A DNA stretch of 63,936 bases, counting the filler, from Octopus bimaculoides (lineage: Eukaryota): the NCBI RefSeq assembly GCF_001194135.2. It is 15 parts of 10 records of this genome, joined end to end, with 100 filler letters (N's around TTAATTAATTAA, not from the genome) between each part and the next. Parts side by side here need not be neighbours in the genome. Positions count along the whole stretch, not along the records: positions 32,421 to 39,209 come from NC_068983.1; positions 39,310 to 41,467 come from NW_026393424.1; positions 41,568 to 46,765 come from NC_068985.1; positions 46,866 to 49,268 come from NW_026380777.1; positions 49,369 to 52,203 come from NC_068982.1; 10 more parts are not named here. One strand, 5' to 3'. Position 1 is the stretch's first letter. Every line of letters begins with the position of its first letter. This document shows positions 39,138 through 50,262 of the stretch, one piece after another. The notes under the pieces are model-generated. The model did no database searches. It saw nothing but the letters and a program-made list of their open reading frames with translations, and was not told where the DNA came from. A program made the translations under genes and the position numbers.

Positions 39138-40895
39138 CGGCGGGCTTCTATCAGTTTCCGTCTACCAAATCCACTCACAAGGCTTTGGTCGGCCTGAAGC
39201 TATAGTAGANNNNNNNNNNNNNNNNNNNNNNNNNNNNNNNNNNNNNNNNNNNNTTAATTAATTAANNNNNNNNNNNNNNNNNNNNNNNNNNNNNNNNNNN
39301 NNNNNNNNNTTCGTCTGTCTTTACGTTCTGAGTTCGAATTCCGCCGAGGTCGATTTTGCATTTCGGGTTCAATAAATTAAGTACCAGTTGCGTACTGGTG
39401 TCAATCTAATCGACTGGTGCCCTCCCCAAAAATTTCAGGTTTTGTGCCTTAGAGTAAAGAATCTGTCGTAGCCAAATTTCTGTTTTTCTTCCTCTTAGTT
39501 TTTTTCTTCTTTCGTTCATTTTTCTTTTTATTCAAGACTTTTTCGGTTTCTTTCTTGTTTTTCTTTTTTGTTGTCTTTTTCTTTTCGTCTTCTTCAACAT
39601 TGTCTTATCATTTTCTATTTCTTCTTCCTTATTCTTTCTTCTTATTATTCTTCTTCCTTATTTCTTCTTCTTCTTCTTCTTCTTCTTCTTCTTCTTCTTC
39701 TTCTTCTTCTTCTTCTTCTTCTTCGTCAGCGTCATCTTTTTTCTTCCCAAGCATCATCATCACTATCGCTTCCTCCCCCTCCTCTTCATTATCATTATCA
39801 TCATCATCATCATAATAATCATCCTCAACTTCATCATATTCCTCCTCCTCCTCATATCCTCCTTCTCCTCCTTCCATTTCACTCTCTTTCTCTCTCCACT
39901 AATCTTTGATACTTTTATTCTCACTCATATTGCCATCATGTAACACCCGCACATCTCATTCTCTTCCTTTCTCCTTCTTCTCCTCNNNNNNNNNNNNNNN
40001 NNNNNNNNNNNNNNNNNNNNNNNNNNNNNNNNNNNNNNNNNNNNNNNNNNNNNNNNNNNNNNNNNNNNNNNNNNNNNNNNNNNNNNNNNNNNNNNNNNNN
40101 NNNNNNNNNNNNNNNNNNNNNNNNNNNNNNNNNNNNNNNNNNNNNNNNNNNNNNNNNNNNNNNNNNNNNNNNNNNNNNNNNNNNNNNNNNNNNNNNNNNN
40201 NNNNNNNNNNNNNNNNNNNNNNNNNNNNNNNNNNNNNNNNNNNNNNNNNNNNNNNNNNNNNNNNNNNNNNNNNNNNNNNNNNNNNNNNNNNNNNNNNNNN
40301 NNNNNNNNNNNNNNNNNNNNNNNNNNNNNNNNNNNNNNNNNNNNNNNNNNNNNNNNNNNNNNNNNNNNNNNNNNNNNNNNNNNNNNNNNNNNNNNNNNNN
40401 NNNNNNNNNNNNNNNNNNNNNNNNNNNNNNNNNNNNNNNNNNNNNNNNNNNNNNNNNNNNNNNNNNNNNNNNNNNNNNNNNNNNNNNNNNNNNNNNNNNN
40501 NNNNNNNNNNNNNNNNNNNNNNNNNNNNNNNNNNNNNNNNNNNNNNNNNNNNNNNNNNNNNNNNNNNNNNNNNNNNNNNNNNNNNNNNNNNNNNNNNNNN
40601 NNNNNNNNNNNNNNNNNNNNNNNNNNNNNNNNNNNNNNNNNNNNNNNNNNNNNNNNNNNNNNNNNNNNNNNNNNNNNNNNNNNNNNNNNNNNNNNNNNNN
40701 NNNNNNNNNNNNNNNNNNNNNNNNNNNNNNNNNNNNNNNNNNNNNNNNNNNNNNNNNNNNNNNNNNNNCCCTACCCCTTTTTTTCTCTCTCTCCCTCATC
40801 TGTTTGTAGTTAACCAGATGAACAGAAGGGCTGGAGGTCTTCATACATCATTTTTCACAAAATCATTAACTGAAAAACATGAACAAAAGAATTTA

Positions 40896-40945
<50 letters not shown>

Positions 40946-41029
40946 AACACTAAATATACACACGCATAGACAAACACACACACACACGCACACACAAACA
41001 TATATATACACAGTACATACACTACACAG

Positions 41030-41320
41030 ATGCATACACTATACACAAACGGACGCATACACTATATACAAACGGACACATACACTATATACAAACGGAC
41101 ACATACACTATATACAAACAGACACATACACTATATACAAACGGACACATACACTATATACAAACGGACACATACACANNNNNNNNNNNNNNNGCATACA
41201 CTATATACAAACGGACACATACACTATATACAAACGGACACATACACTATATACAAACAGACACATACACTATATACAAACGGACACATACACTATATAC
41301 AAACGGACACATACACACAT
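41030..41320. repeat. 23-bp minisatellite
   Basis: ACACATACACTATATACAAAC(G/A)G, about 12 copies. Confidence 0.95.
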
Positions 41321-41567
41321 GCGTATACAAAATGAATAAAATCCATTTATATATTTTTATACGTCGAAGATTGAGAGACATTAAAAAAAATAAATGTATT
41401 TATTGAAATGTCGACGCATAGACGAATACATAAGAGGAATATGTATTTTGTCCCATGTGTGTGGGAGNNNNNNNNNNNNNNNNNNNNNNNNNNNNNNNNN
41501 NNNNNNNNNNNTTAATTAATTAANNNNNNNNNNNNNNNNNNNNNNNNNNNNNNNNNNNNNNNNNNNN

Positions 41568-42180
41568 AGGGCACCAGGCTGATCACATTTCGATAATATC
41601 TGACATTGCTTGAGGCAAATCCAGTTTCCTTAAATGTGTTGGGTTTATCATTTTGAGTTAGAGAATAAGAGATAATCTAACAGTGGAGACACTCCTCAAC
41701 ACTTACTCTAAAGAAGGTCATCAAGATCGTTTAATCTGCAGGGAAGGTGATGGACTCAGTATTTTGGATTGCAAAAAGCATCGTGTTTATTGACTACTTT
41801 CAAAAGGCTCTCACCATCAATGAAGAGTGCTGTACTGTGCCACCTTTCTAAGGCAGTTGCGAAAGGCTATCAAGGCCGAACGCAAGGAAAACTGTCGAGT
41901 ATGTTTTTATTTCATCGAAACAAATACTCCAGTGCACAAGTAATTGGTTTCGATGGCTGCTGTGTGTGATTGGCTTTGGACTGCTAAGCCACCCTCCCTA
42001 CTTTAGTGATTTGACCTCATCTTATTATCTATATCCCCTACATATATATAAAAAAATCCTCGCTTTGGAACCAATATCATAGTGATGATGTCTTATCAGC
42101 TGTTGAAAAATTGTTTAACTAACAGGATAGCTTCTTTTCCAAGGCAATCGAAGCAATGAATCGCTGAAAGAAGTATGCAG
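41568..42180 (+). mobile_element. Decayed mariner transposase fragment
   Basis: Reads SAGKVMDSVFWIAKSIVFIDYFQKALTIN...QLRKAIK...HPPYFSDL...SDD.V.SAVE, with many frameshifts. Confidence 0.8.
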
Positions 42181-42937
42181 ATGATCCTTTCTGTTTGATT
42201 TTCACTTTTCAATTGCGTCAATTTTATTCCAATTTCAAAAATGTTTATTGTTCACATGAACTAAACCAACAGTATGTTTATCCAACATTTCACAAAACTT
42301 TATTAAAACTTCCATCGTTGAATGTTTTAACATTGTAATGTTGTCACCTTGTACAAAATGCCAGCTTCCACACCCTGTTCTCTGATGGAGGGGAAAATGA
42401 TCAAACTTTAAACCTCTTACAGTTTTCTAAAGTTTTTCTGGAATAAGCGAATANNNNNNNNNNNNNNNNNNNNNNNNNNNNNNNNNNNNNNNNNNNNNNN
42501 NNNNNNNNNNNNNNNNNNNNNNNNNNNNNNNNNNNNNNNNNNNNNNNNNNNNNNNNNNNNNNNNNNNNNNNNNNNNNNNNNNNNNNNNNNNNNNNNNNNN
42601 NNNNNNNNNNNNNNNNNNNNNNNNNNNNNNNNNNNNNNNNNNNNNNNNNNNNNNNNNNNNNNNNNNNNNNNNNNNNNNNNNNNNNNNNNNNNNNNNNNNN
42701 NNNNNNNNNNNNNNNNNNNNNNNNNNNNNNNNNNNNNNNNNNNNNNNNNNNNNNNNNNNNNNNNNNNNNNNNNNNNNNNNNNNNNNNNNNNNNNNNNNNN
42801 NNNNNNNNNNNNNNNNNNNNNNNNNNNNNNNNNNNNNNNNNNNNNNNNNNNNNNNNNNNNNNNNNNNNNNNNNNNNNNNNNNNNNNNNNNNNNNNNNNNN
42901 NNNNNNNNNNNNNNNNNNNNNNNNNGCACGGACGCGC

Positions 42938-43292
42938 GCTACTTGCTGTAGAAGGAGCGAGGTTATCCATGTAATACAAAAAGAAAATTGCAGATAAGTT
43001 GAATATAAAAGTGAAAACTAATCATTGAATACTGAAAAAACGTTCACCTCCCCTAACTATAAACCCTAACCCTAAACCCTAACGCTAAACCCTAACCCTA
43101 ATTCCTAACCCTGAATAAAATATGGGAAAAGCTAGAGATGAATGTTTTGAAAACATTCTGAACTATCTTTCAGAATGGTTTACTTTTCAATGAAATATCA
43201 TTTTGTTATTTTTCATTCAATTTTATTCAATTAATCTGCAATTTTCTTCTTGTATCAGATGGATAACCCACTCTCCATTTACAGCAAGTAGC
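42938..43292. mobile_element. Inverted-repeat element with a central CCCTAA tract (MITE-like; left end in gap)
   Basis: Imperfect arms of about 72 bp (42938-43010 and 43221-43292) enclose degenerate (CCCTAA)n at about 43060-43113. Confidence 0.7.
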
Positions 43293-43464
43293 AAGCGTCT
43301 CGTTTTTTACCTGTGTGCTAAATTCGACTACTTACGACTAATGCGGGCGCATGCGCAAATTTGTGACATGCACACTCCCAGAACTCGGATCCACACTTCT
43401 CCAGTAGTGCCAAATTTTGAAACTGAGTTTGCACCCCCTAAGCAAATTTTGTTCCCGGGCCACT

Positions 43465-43560
43465 GATTCTAGGTATTTGTATGTCTGGCATTGATCTAAT
43501 TCTCTTATTTCATTTACTTTATCTAGTATGATGATGCTACTCTTAACCGGTTTTATTTTT
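43465..43560 (-). mobile_element. Small Dong/R4 RT relic
   Basis: Reads LDKVNEIRELDQCQTYKYL, matching the region before the YKYLG motif. Confidence 0.55.
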
Positions 43561-44628
43561 ATTATTATTAGTAGTACTAGTAGTATTAGTATTATTATAG
43601 ACGTTGCGCAGTATACAATATTGTGAGGTTGTTCAAATTCCACAGAGGTTAGCATTGCCTTTCATCTTTTTGGGGTCAATTAATTAAATGCCAGTGAAAC
43701 ACTGGGGTCAATGTAATCAACTAGTCTCCTCCTTTAGTAGAAAGGATTATTATTATTATTATTATTATTAAGATGTCAATCTGACAGATCATTAGAGTGT
43801 CAGACAAGATGTGTTACAGTATTAGCATGCATTTCTGGGTCAGATTACACCACCCTTAGTCCTTCTAAAGTTGATAAATTAAGAAATAAAGTCAGGTGGT
43901 TGAAGTTATCAGCTAACATACTTCACCTCAAAATTGCTGGCCTTGTGCAAAAATCAAAAGTTATTATTGGTTTCATATTTTGGCACATTTCCAGCAATTT
44001 CAGGGGGTAGGGCTAAGTCGATTATACTGACCCTAGTGTCTAACTGGTACTTATTTTATCTATCCCAGAAAGATGAAATGTAAAGTTGATCTCAGTGAAG
44101 TTCAACTTCAGAATGTAAAGATAGTTGAAATGCCGCTAAGCATTTTCCTGGTGTGCTAACGGTTCTTCCAGTTTGCTGCCCTAAGATCCAAAGTAATTAT
44201 TATTATTATGTGGTAAATAAGCAATTAGTAGAGCATGGGACAAAATACTATGCATTATTTAGATAGGACTGTTTACATTCTGAGTTTAAATTCCAGTGAA
44301 TTTGACTTTGACTTACATCTCACCAGGGTCAATAAAAGAGATACTCCATCTTAGGTCATTGGTATTGACTTAGTCTCTCCTCTTTTTGCCTAATTCATTA
44401 CAAATGTGCTTTTCTCCTAAAATTTATCCTCTTTTGCCAATGCTCAAATTTTTATTATTAGAATTATACTAACAAAATTTTGAAAAAATAACTGATTTTC
44501 TTCAAAATATACTTGTTTTCTTTTCATATGTTTTTTTATGCTTTTCTTTTTATTAAGTGCACCAATTTGATTTTGCTTGAAATAATTTTTTTTTTTTCTT
44601 TTAACTATTCATGTACTGAAATTCATAG

Positions 44629-44886
44629 ATTCTCCAGAAAGAGATGACATGACACTAAATGTTTCAGGAGGAAAAGTATGTGCTGATACTCCAACCAAAT
44701 TCCACTGCAGTTGGAAAGGTGGTAATCCACCAGTAAGTGTAACCCTGATGTATAAAAATGTATCAAATACTAGTAAAGAAGAAGTTGAACTTAACGTAAT
44801 ACCTTCCAAATCTCATCAAACAGTTAAGTGTCTGGGCATTCATATTGCTGCAAATGTGTCTCATGAAAAGAATTTAACTATTTATT
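44629..44886 (+). CDS. Internal exon encoding one immunoglobulin-like (C2/nephrin-type) domain
   Basis: Acceptor ttcatAG (44627-44628) after a long pyrimidine tract and donor GTGAGT at 44887; 258 nt, phase 1-1. Encodes xSPERDDMTLNVSGGKVCADTPTKFHCSWKGGNPPVSVTLMYKNVSNTSKEEVELNVIPSKSHQTVKCLGIHIAANVSHEKNLTIY, with a C.W.GGNPP motif, a second Cys and several N-glycosylation sequons. Confidence 0.85.
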
Positions 44887-45254
44887 GTGAGTATACATGA
44901 AGCACCTTCTGAAAATTTTTATCTTCTGTTTTTATCATTTTCTTTTTAATTCAAATATGAGAAGATGAGTAAAATGTGAGAGTTTAGTCTTTTGTAAATG
45001 TTGGTTTGTCTGTAAGTTTTTGAGTGAAGGAAACAATAAACAATATTCTGTAATACCAAAATGGGTGAGAGTTATTTCATTTTTCTGGAACCATGTATGT
45101 AATTGAATTGTTGGAATTTGCGTGTGGTTTTATCATGTAAGTTGAATATTCAGAGGAAATAAACTCATCATCAAATTCTGATATAAATAAATATTATTGT
45201 TGTGGCTAAGTATTTAAATTTCATTTGAGAACAGAGATAAGTAATTAAGGGGAT

Positions 45255-46350
45255 ATCAAATTGCTGGACCAGGTCATCAAAGTAAGAGAAAGAGTTATGG
45301 CTCAATCGATTAGGAAGAGAGTTAATCTAGATGAATTGCAGTTCAAGTTTGTACCAGAAAGAAGTACTACTAATATCATATTCCTAGTAAGTCAACTACA
45401 GGTGAGGTACCTGTTGAGCTGGAGGAATCCATTGTCCTTGCTCTTATAGCTGAAGCTGGAGTAAGATTAAGAAAACTTTGCAGGTGTGAAAGCAAGGCCT
45501 GGAATCAAAGAGTCACATTACCTTGGCAAACATTAAAGTCTTAGTCAATCAAAAAATGTTAGTGTGCATGATTGATGGAGTACAAATGTGCTGAACCTTC
45601 TTCCATCTGGAAAATTACCTTGTTTGATATCTAAAAAAGGAATAAGTTGAAGTTTGATACAGTGCATCCAGTGCAAACTGTGGATGTGCAAGAGGTGCAA
45701 TGGAATTATTGGTAGGTTGACTGACAACATGGACATTGTATGTGGCAGGTGTGTTGGAGTATTAAACTCAAAGTGAAAATGGGAAATGATGCCTTCAAAA
45801 GCCTAGGAACTTCACATGATGTAACAGATAGCTTCTGTTATCTTAGTGATCAAAACACCATTGGTTGTGGATGTTCTCAAAGTATAGTGGTCAGTGTAAA
45901 AACCAAGCAGAGTAAGTTCATGGATTTGTTACTTCTGTCATAAACATAAAGTTTTTCTCTGATACTGTTTTCAACTTTGAATGTTTATGATACTGAGACA
46001 TGAGCCTTGAATGTGGAGAACTGGAAAATACTAAAAAAGGAATTAAGCAGGCATGCTCCACTGGATATGCAGTGTTAGTGTGCATGATTGACGGAGTACA
46101 AATTTGCTGAGAGAAAAACTCCATTCGAGGAATCAAATATAATGTGCAAGTGAGAAGACTGTATTGGTTTGGGCATATGATATGTATGGATGAAGACAGT
46201 AGTATATAAAGGTAATGATCACTTATAGTAGATGAAACCTGTGTGAGAGAAAGACATGGGATGAGGTAGTGAAGGCTCATCTCAAGATACTGAGACTCAT
46301 GGAAGAGATGATAAACAGAGATGATTAGTGATATGCAGTACTCAACAGGA
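45255..46350 (+). mobile_element. Decayed RTE-clade LINE (RT to 3' end)
   Basis: Reads RKRVNLDELQFKFVPERSTTNIIFLVSQLQ, a Cys-rich insertion, DSFCYLSDQ and a C-terminal RL.WFGH-like region. Confidence 0.85.
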
Positions 46351-46403
46351 TTCATCTCTTTATGCTTGCACATCATGGCTAAGGCTCTCAAAGCATAATA
46401 TAT

Positions 46404-46765
46404 ATGAGGATCCATTACAACCGTTGGAAAAAACATCAACTAAATAACGAAATCAAAGAGAGGCTATCTTCATTACTTAGGAAAATAACTAGAGATGACG
46501 ACAGAAAGAGAATCCAACAAGATCTAGGAAAATCGTACATGAAAGAATTTGAAACGGTGAAGACACGCCAGATTAAGAAGTTTATGAAACTCAAAGGTCA
46601 GAGAATGAAGACTGAAGTCCATCACCCACCTGTGAAAGCAGTGATTAATGTAAGTAGCCGACGTCTGGAAGACTCCGAAGAAGCCGTACTAAACAAAGGT
46701 CTCAACTTTGCGACAACCATCAAGCGCATTCCATACTTGGACATAATAGCCCCTATTGAAGAGAT
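46404..46765 (+). mobile_element. Penelope-like element fragment (region N-terminal to RT)
   Basis: Reads VINVSSRRLEDSEEAVLNKGLNFATTIKRIPYLDIIAPIEE, the typical PLE motif; runs into a gap. Confidence 0.85.
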
Positions 46766-47289
46766 NNNNNNNNNNNNNNNNNNNNNNNNNNNNNNNNNNN
46801 NNNNNNNNNTTAATTAATTAANNNNNNNNNNNNNNNNNNNNNNNNNNNNNNNNNNNNNNNNNNNNTATATATAATTAAAAATATGACGCAGAAGAATGAC
46901 AAGGGGAAAAACAGGAAATTCACATGCTAGATGTGGGACATATTCTTTTTTTGTCAGTTATCTTTAAAAAAATCATGACAGTTTCACATCTTTAACTATA
47001 ATATTGTTTATTTTGGTGGTGCCAACAGCAAAAGATTGCAGGGAATAATGAGGGAACATAGAGACAGTGACAAAAATAAACTCGGCACAGGTAGTCGGTA
47101 TGAATGTAAATATTCAAGCAAAATAAAGGTCATACAGCTCTGAGGCATACATACATACACAAACACACACACATATACACACATATACACACATATACAT
47201 ACATACATACATACATACATACATACGGGACAGAGAGGCAGGCAAAGCGCTGCAATGTAATAACCGATGCAGACCCTGTGGAATCAGTA

Positions 47290-47865
47290 TCGAAAATAGA
47301 CCGGATATAGTAATCTGGGACAGAGAAGAGAAACTGTGTACAGTAGTAGAAATCAGCTGTCCTGCGGATGTTAATATCACACTAAAGATTAGAGAAAAAG
47401 AGAACAACTACGCCGAGCTATTGAGAAATTTGCAGATACTCCATCCAGACTACAAGTTCAGATTCATACCCGTGATTGTTGGGGCATTGGGATATGTAAC
47501 GAACTGCCTCAACAAAAACCTGGAAAAATTAGGGTTCTCAAAACCTGAAAGAAAAAGGCTGATTAGAAGACTACAGATTCAAGCCATCAATGGAACTGTA
47601 AAGATATGTAAAACTTTCCAAAAATTTAGCGCATAAATACACATGCATGCATCTAGACATGAAAATATATACATAAAAACGCATCCATAAAACAAACATA
47701 CAAATCTGCGCAAACACTAACACCAAATACTGCACACACACACACATATGCACAAATACCTAGATGATGTTGATAAAAGTTCCAATAAAGGAGCGTTGAA
47801 TCTATGTTAGAGTCCGGCTCTTTCTCTATTGACAAGAAATACAGAAATGAAACTGATTGATAACA
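47290..47865 (+). mobile_element. REL-endonuclease non-LTR retrotransposon, copy 2
   Basis: Reads NRPDIVIWDREEKLCTVVEISCPADVNITLKIREKENNYAELLRNLQILHPDYKFRFIPVIVGALG...KICKTFQKFSA*; the 3' end runs into (ACAT)n. Confidence 0.85.
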
Positions 47866-48105
47866 TACATACATACATAGGTGATAATATAAATATATAT
47901 ATGCAGAGAAATTAACGTATAGGCTGTATGTTAATACATTGACAGTGTATTTATATTGGCAGTAATTAATATAAGGGATGAAACATTAGCATTTATAGGC
48001 AGATTTGGCCATGGAGAAGAAAATCTCTTCCCATGACTACACCTGAACTTGTCCAGGATGAAACAAAAGTCTCTGTTACAGAAACAGTTTCTAGTCAGAT
48101 TTTAC

Positions 48106-48192
48106 CTCCATTGTTCTGAACTCCACTTTCCATCCGGATTTCTCATCAGGAAGCTTCAGTTTTATGCTGTGCCAGTTACTTGCTATAATGGT
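48106..48192 (-). CDS. GCLC: Exon of a divergent glutamate-cysteine ligase catalytic subunit-like gene (active-site GW.VEFR segment)
   Basis: Acceptor ttctgtttCAG and donor GTAAAA; 87 nt, phase 0-0. Encodes TIIASNWHSIKLKLPDEKSGWKVEFRTME versus recalled human [31 protein letters not shown] (14 identities, 2-aa gap). Orthologue versus paralogue status is not determined. Confidence 0.9.
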
Positions 48193-48944
48193 CTGAAACA
48201 GAATGTTAAACAACCTCAGTCATGAATATGGAATTACTTATGAGTATGTAACTTTTACAAGAAGAAAGCAATTATTGAAGTTTACACTGTGCAAAAACTT
48301 TTTGAAAACTTCAATTTTAAAATTTAACTGCATATTCAATTAGAAAAGTAATTTTATTTCACTTCAAAACCGTCAGCACTTTTTAATACATTGTGAAATA
48401 GCTGACATTTTTTAACACCTTTCTTTTCTCTTGTTGTCCATCTCTTCTTTGTTTACTTTATTACAATTAGTTTTTCTTTATTCTCATAACTTTTTCTATC
48501 ATTCTCATCTTTCTGGTTCTTCAACATTCCCCACCACCACCCACACCCTGTTATTGCATTTAATACTTTTTGGCTTTCTCTACATATTCTTTTACTTTCA
48601 CTTTCATTCCTTTCAACACTGTCTGCTTGCCTGTCTGTCTGTTAGTCAATCGGTCTGTCAATTTGTCTGTCTGTCTGTTAGTCAGTTGGTCTATCAATCT
48701 GTCTCTCTCTCTCTTTCTCTCTCTGGAAGAACTCAGTAACATTCAGACCTAAATAAGAATGGGTTCCACTAATTTTAAAACACCAAGGGTACAACATACA
48801 ACACAACAGCACATCTACGACTCGATCAAGCATTGAAGGCCCAAGGGAGGAAGAAATGTGTTGATCATAGAATTAATTTCTAGCTTAATGGTTCCCACAG
48901 ATTTATTTGTAAATTATTAAAAGTGTTCGATAGATATATTTTAC

Positions 48945-49057
48945 CTGAATGTGATCAGTATCATTCATAATGTCTTGATCGATTTTTTCTTTGTATAAAG
49001 TGATGGGGTCTCTAACAAGAAGTTGGGCAACAAATTTGGACATCATTTCATCAACAC
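48945..49057 (-). CDS. GCLC: Preceding exon of the same GCLC-like gene
   Basis: Acceptor aattaatCAG and donor GTAAAA; 113 nt, phase 1-0. Encodes (G)VDEMMSKFVAQLLVRDPITLYKEKIDQDIMNDTDHIQ versus recalled human [38 protein letters not shown] (17/38, no gaps). Splices in frame to 48192 across a 752-nt intron. Confidence 0.9.
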
Positions 49058-49368
49058 CTGATTAATTAACAAATATTTTAATTCATTAAATTGATAGCAT
49101 TGTCATTAAATAGATTGCTGTATAGGTTAGTAAACAGATAGATACACAGCTAAATAGACAGAGAGTTGAGAGGAAGGTAGATAGAATAAAACAGCCACTT
49201 GAAGCTTGAAACTCATATCAAAGTAAATCACATTAAGCATTATTATTATGAAGTTTCAAATAAAAATTNNNNNNNNNNNNNNNNNNNNNNNNNNNNNNNN
49301 NNNNNNNNNNNNTTAATTAATTAANNNNNNNNNNNNNNNNNNNNNNNNNNNNNNNNNNNNNNNNNNNN

Positions 49369-49405
<37 letters not shown>

Positions 49406-50209
49406 TATATATTTATATATATATATATGTATATATATATGTCTGTGTGTTAATATGTGCATGCATAAACATACTTGTGTATATGTGTATGTACATATGT
49501 GTGTGTGTGTGTATACGCACACACATGCATGCATATGTGTGTATGTGTACCGTTAGTCAGTGTTCGTACGTAGTTGGTATTGGGCGTGGTAATGTTAATC
49601 TTCGTTCATTTACCATAATGACAATGTCCCGTGGCCAATTACGGAAATATTTCGTTCGTTAAAAGTATCACTGACAACTAATGCGGTCCATTCCCTTTAC
49701 CCTGCCCACTTTACCCATCACATTGTTTGTAGTGGAAGGGACGTGTAGCGGGTGAGGCAATTCGTATACACTACTACACTGACCTAACCATACACTTTAA
49801 TCCACAGGAGTTGCTGTGTGGTAAGAAGTTTGCTTCCCAACCACATGGTTCCGGGTTCAATCCCACTGCGTGGCACCTTGGGCAAGTGTCTTCTACTATA
49901 GCCTTGTGAGTGGATTTGGTAGACGGAAACTGAAAGAAGCCCGCCATCTATCTATCTATATACATACACGTATATATACCTGTGTGTGTTTTTGTGTCTG
50001 TGCTTGTCCTCCCATCGCCGGTGTTGGCGCGTTTATGTCCCCTTAACTTAACGGTTGGGCAAAAGGACCGATGGAATAAGTGCTGGCCTGAAAAAAAAAG
50101 CCCTGGGGTCGATTTGTTCGGCTAAAAAGCCCCACCATGGTCACAGACTAAAACAAATAAAAGAATAAGCACACACACACACACACACATACACATACAC
50201 ACATACACA

Positions 50210-50262
<53 letters not shown>

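Noticed and set aside
42346-42381. Possible 34-nt minus-strand exon (ttttcccctccatcAG ... CAAG|GTGACA)
   Set aside because: No frame resembles the expected downstream GCLC sequence, and there is no other support.
48363-48420. Minus-strand ...KSADGFE|GT resembling the GCLC SDHFE exon end
   Set aside because: No acceptor and no upstream similarity; the true exon is 48945-49057.
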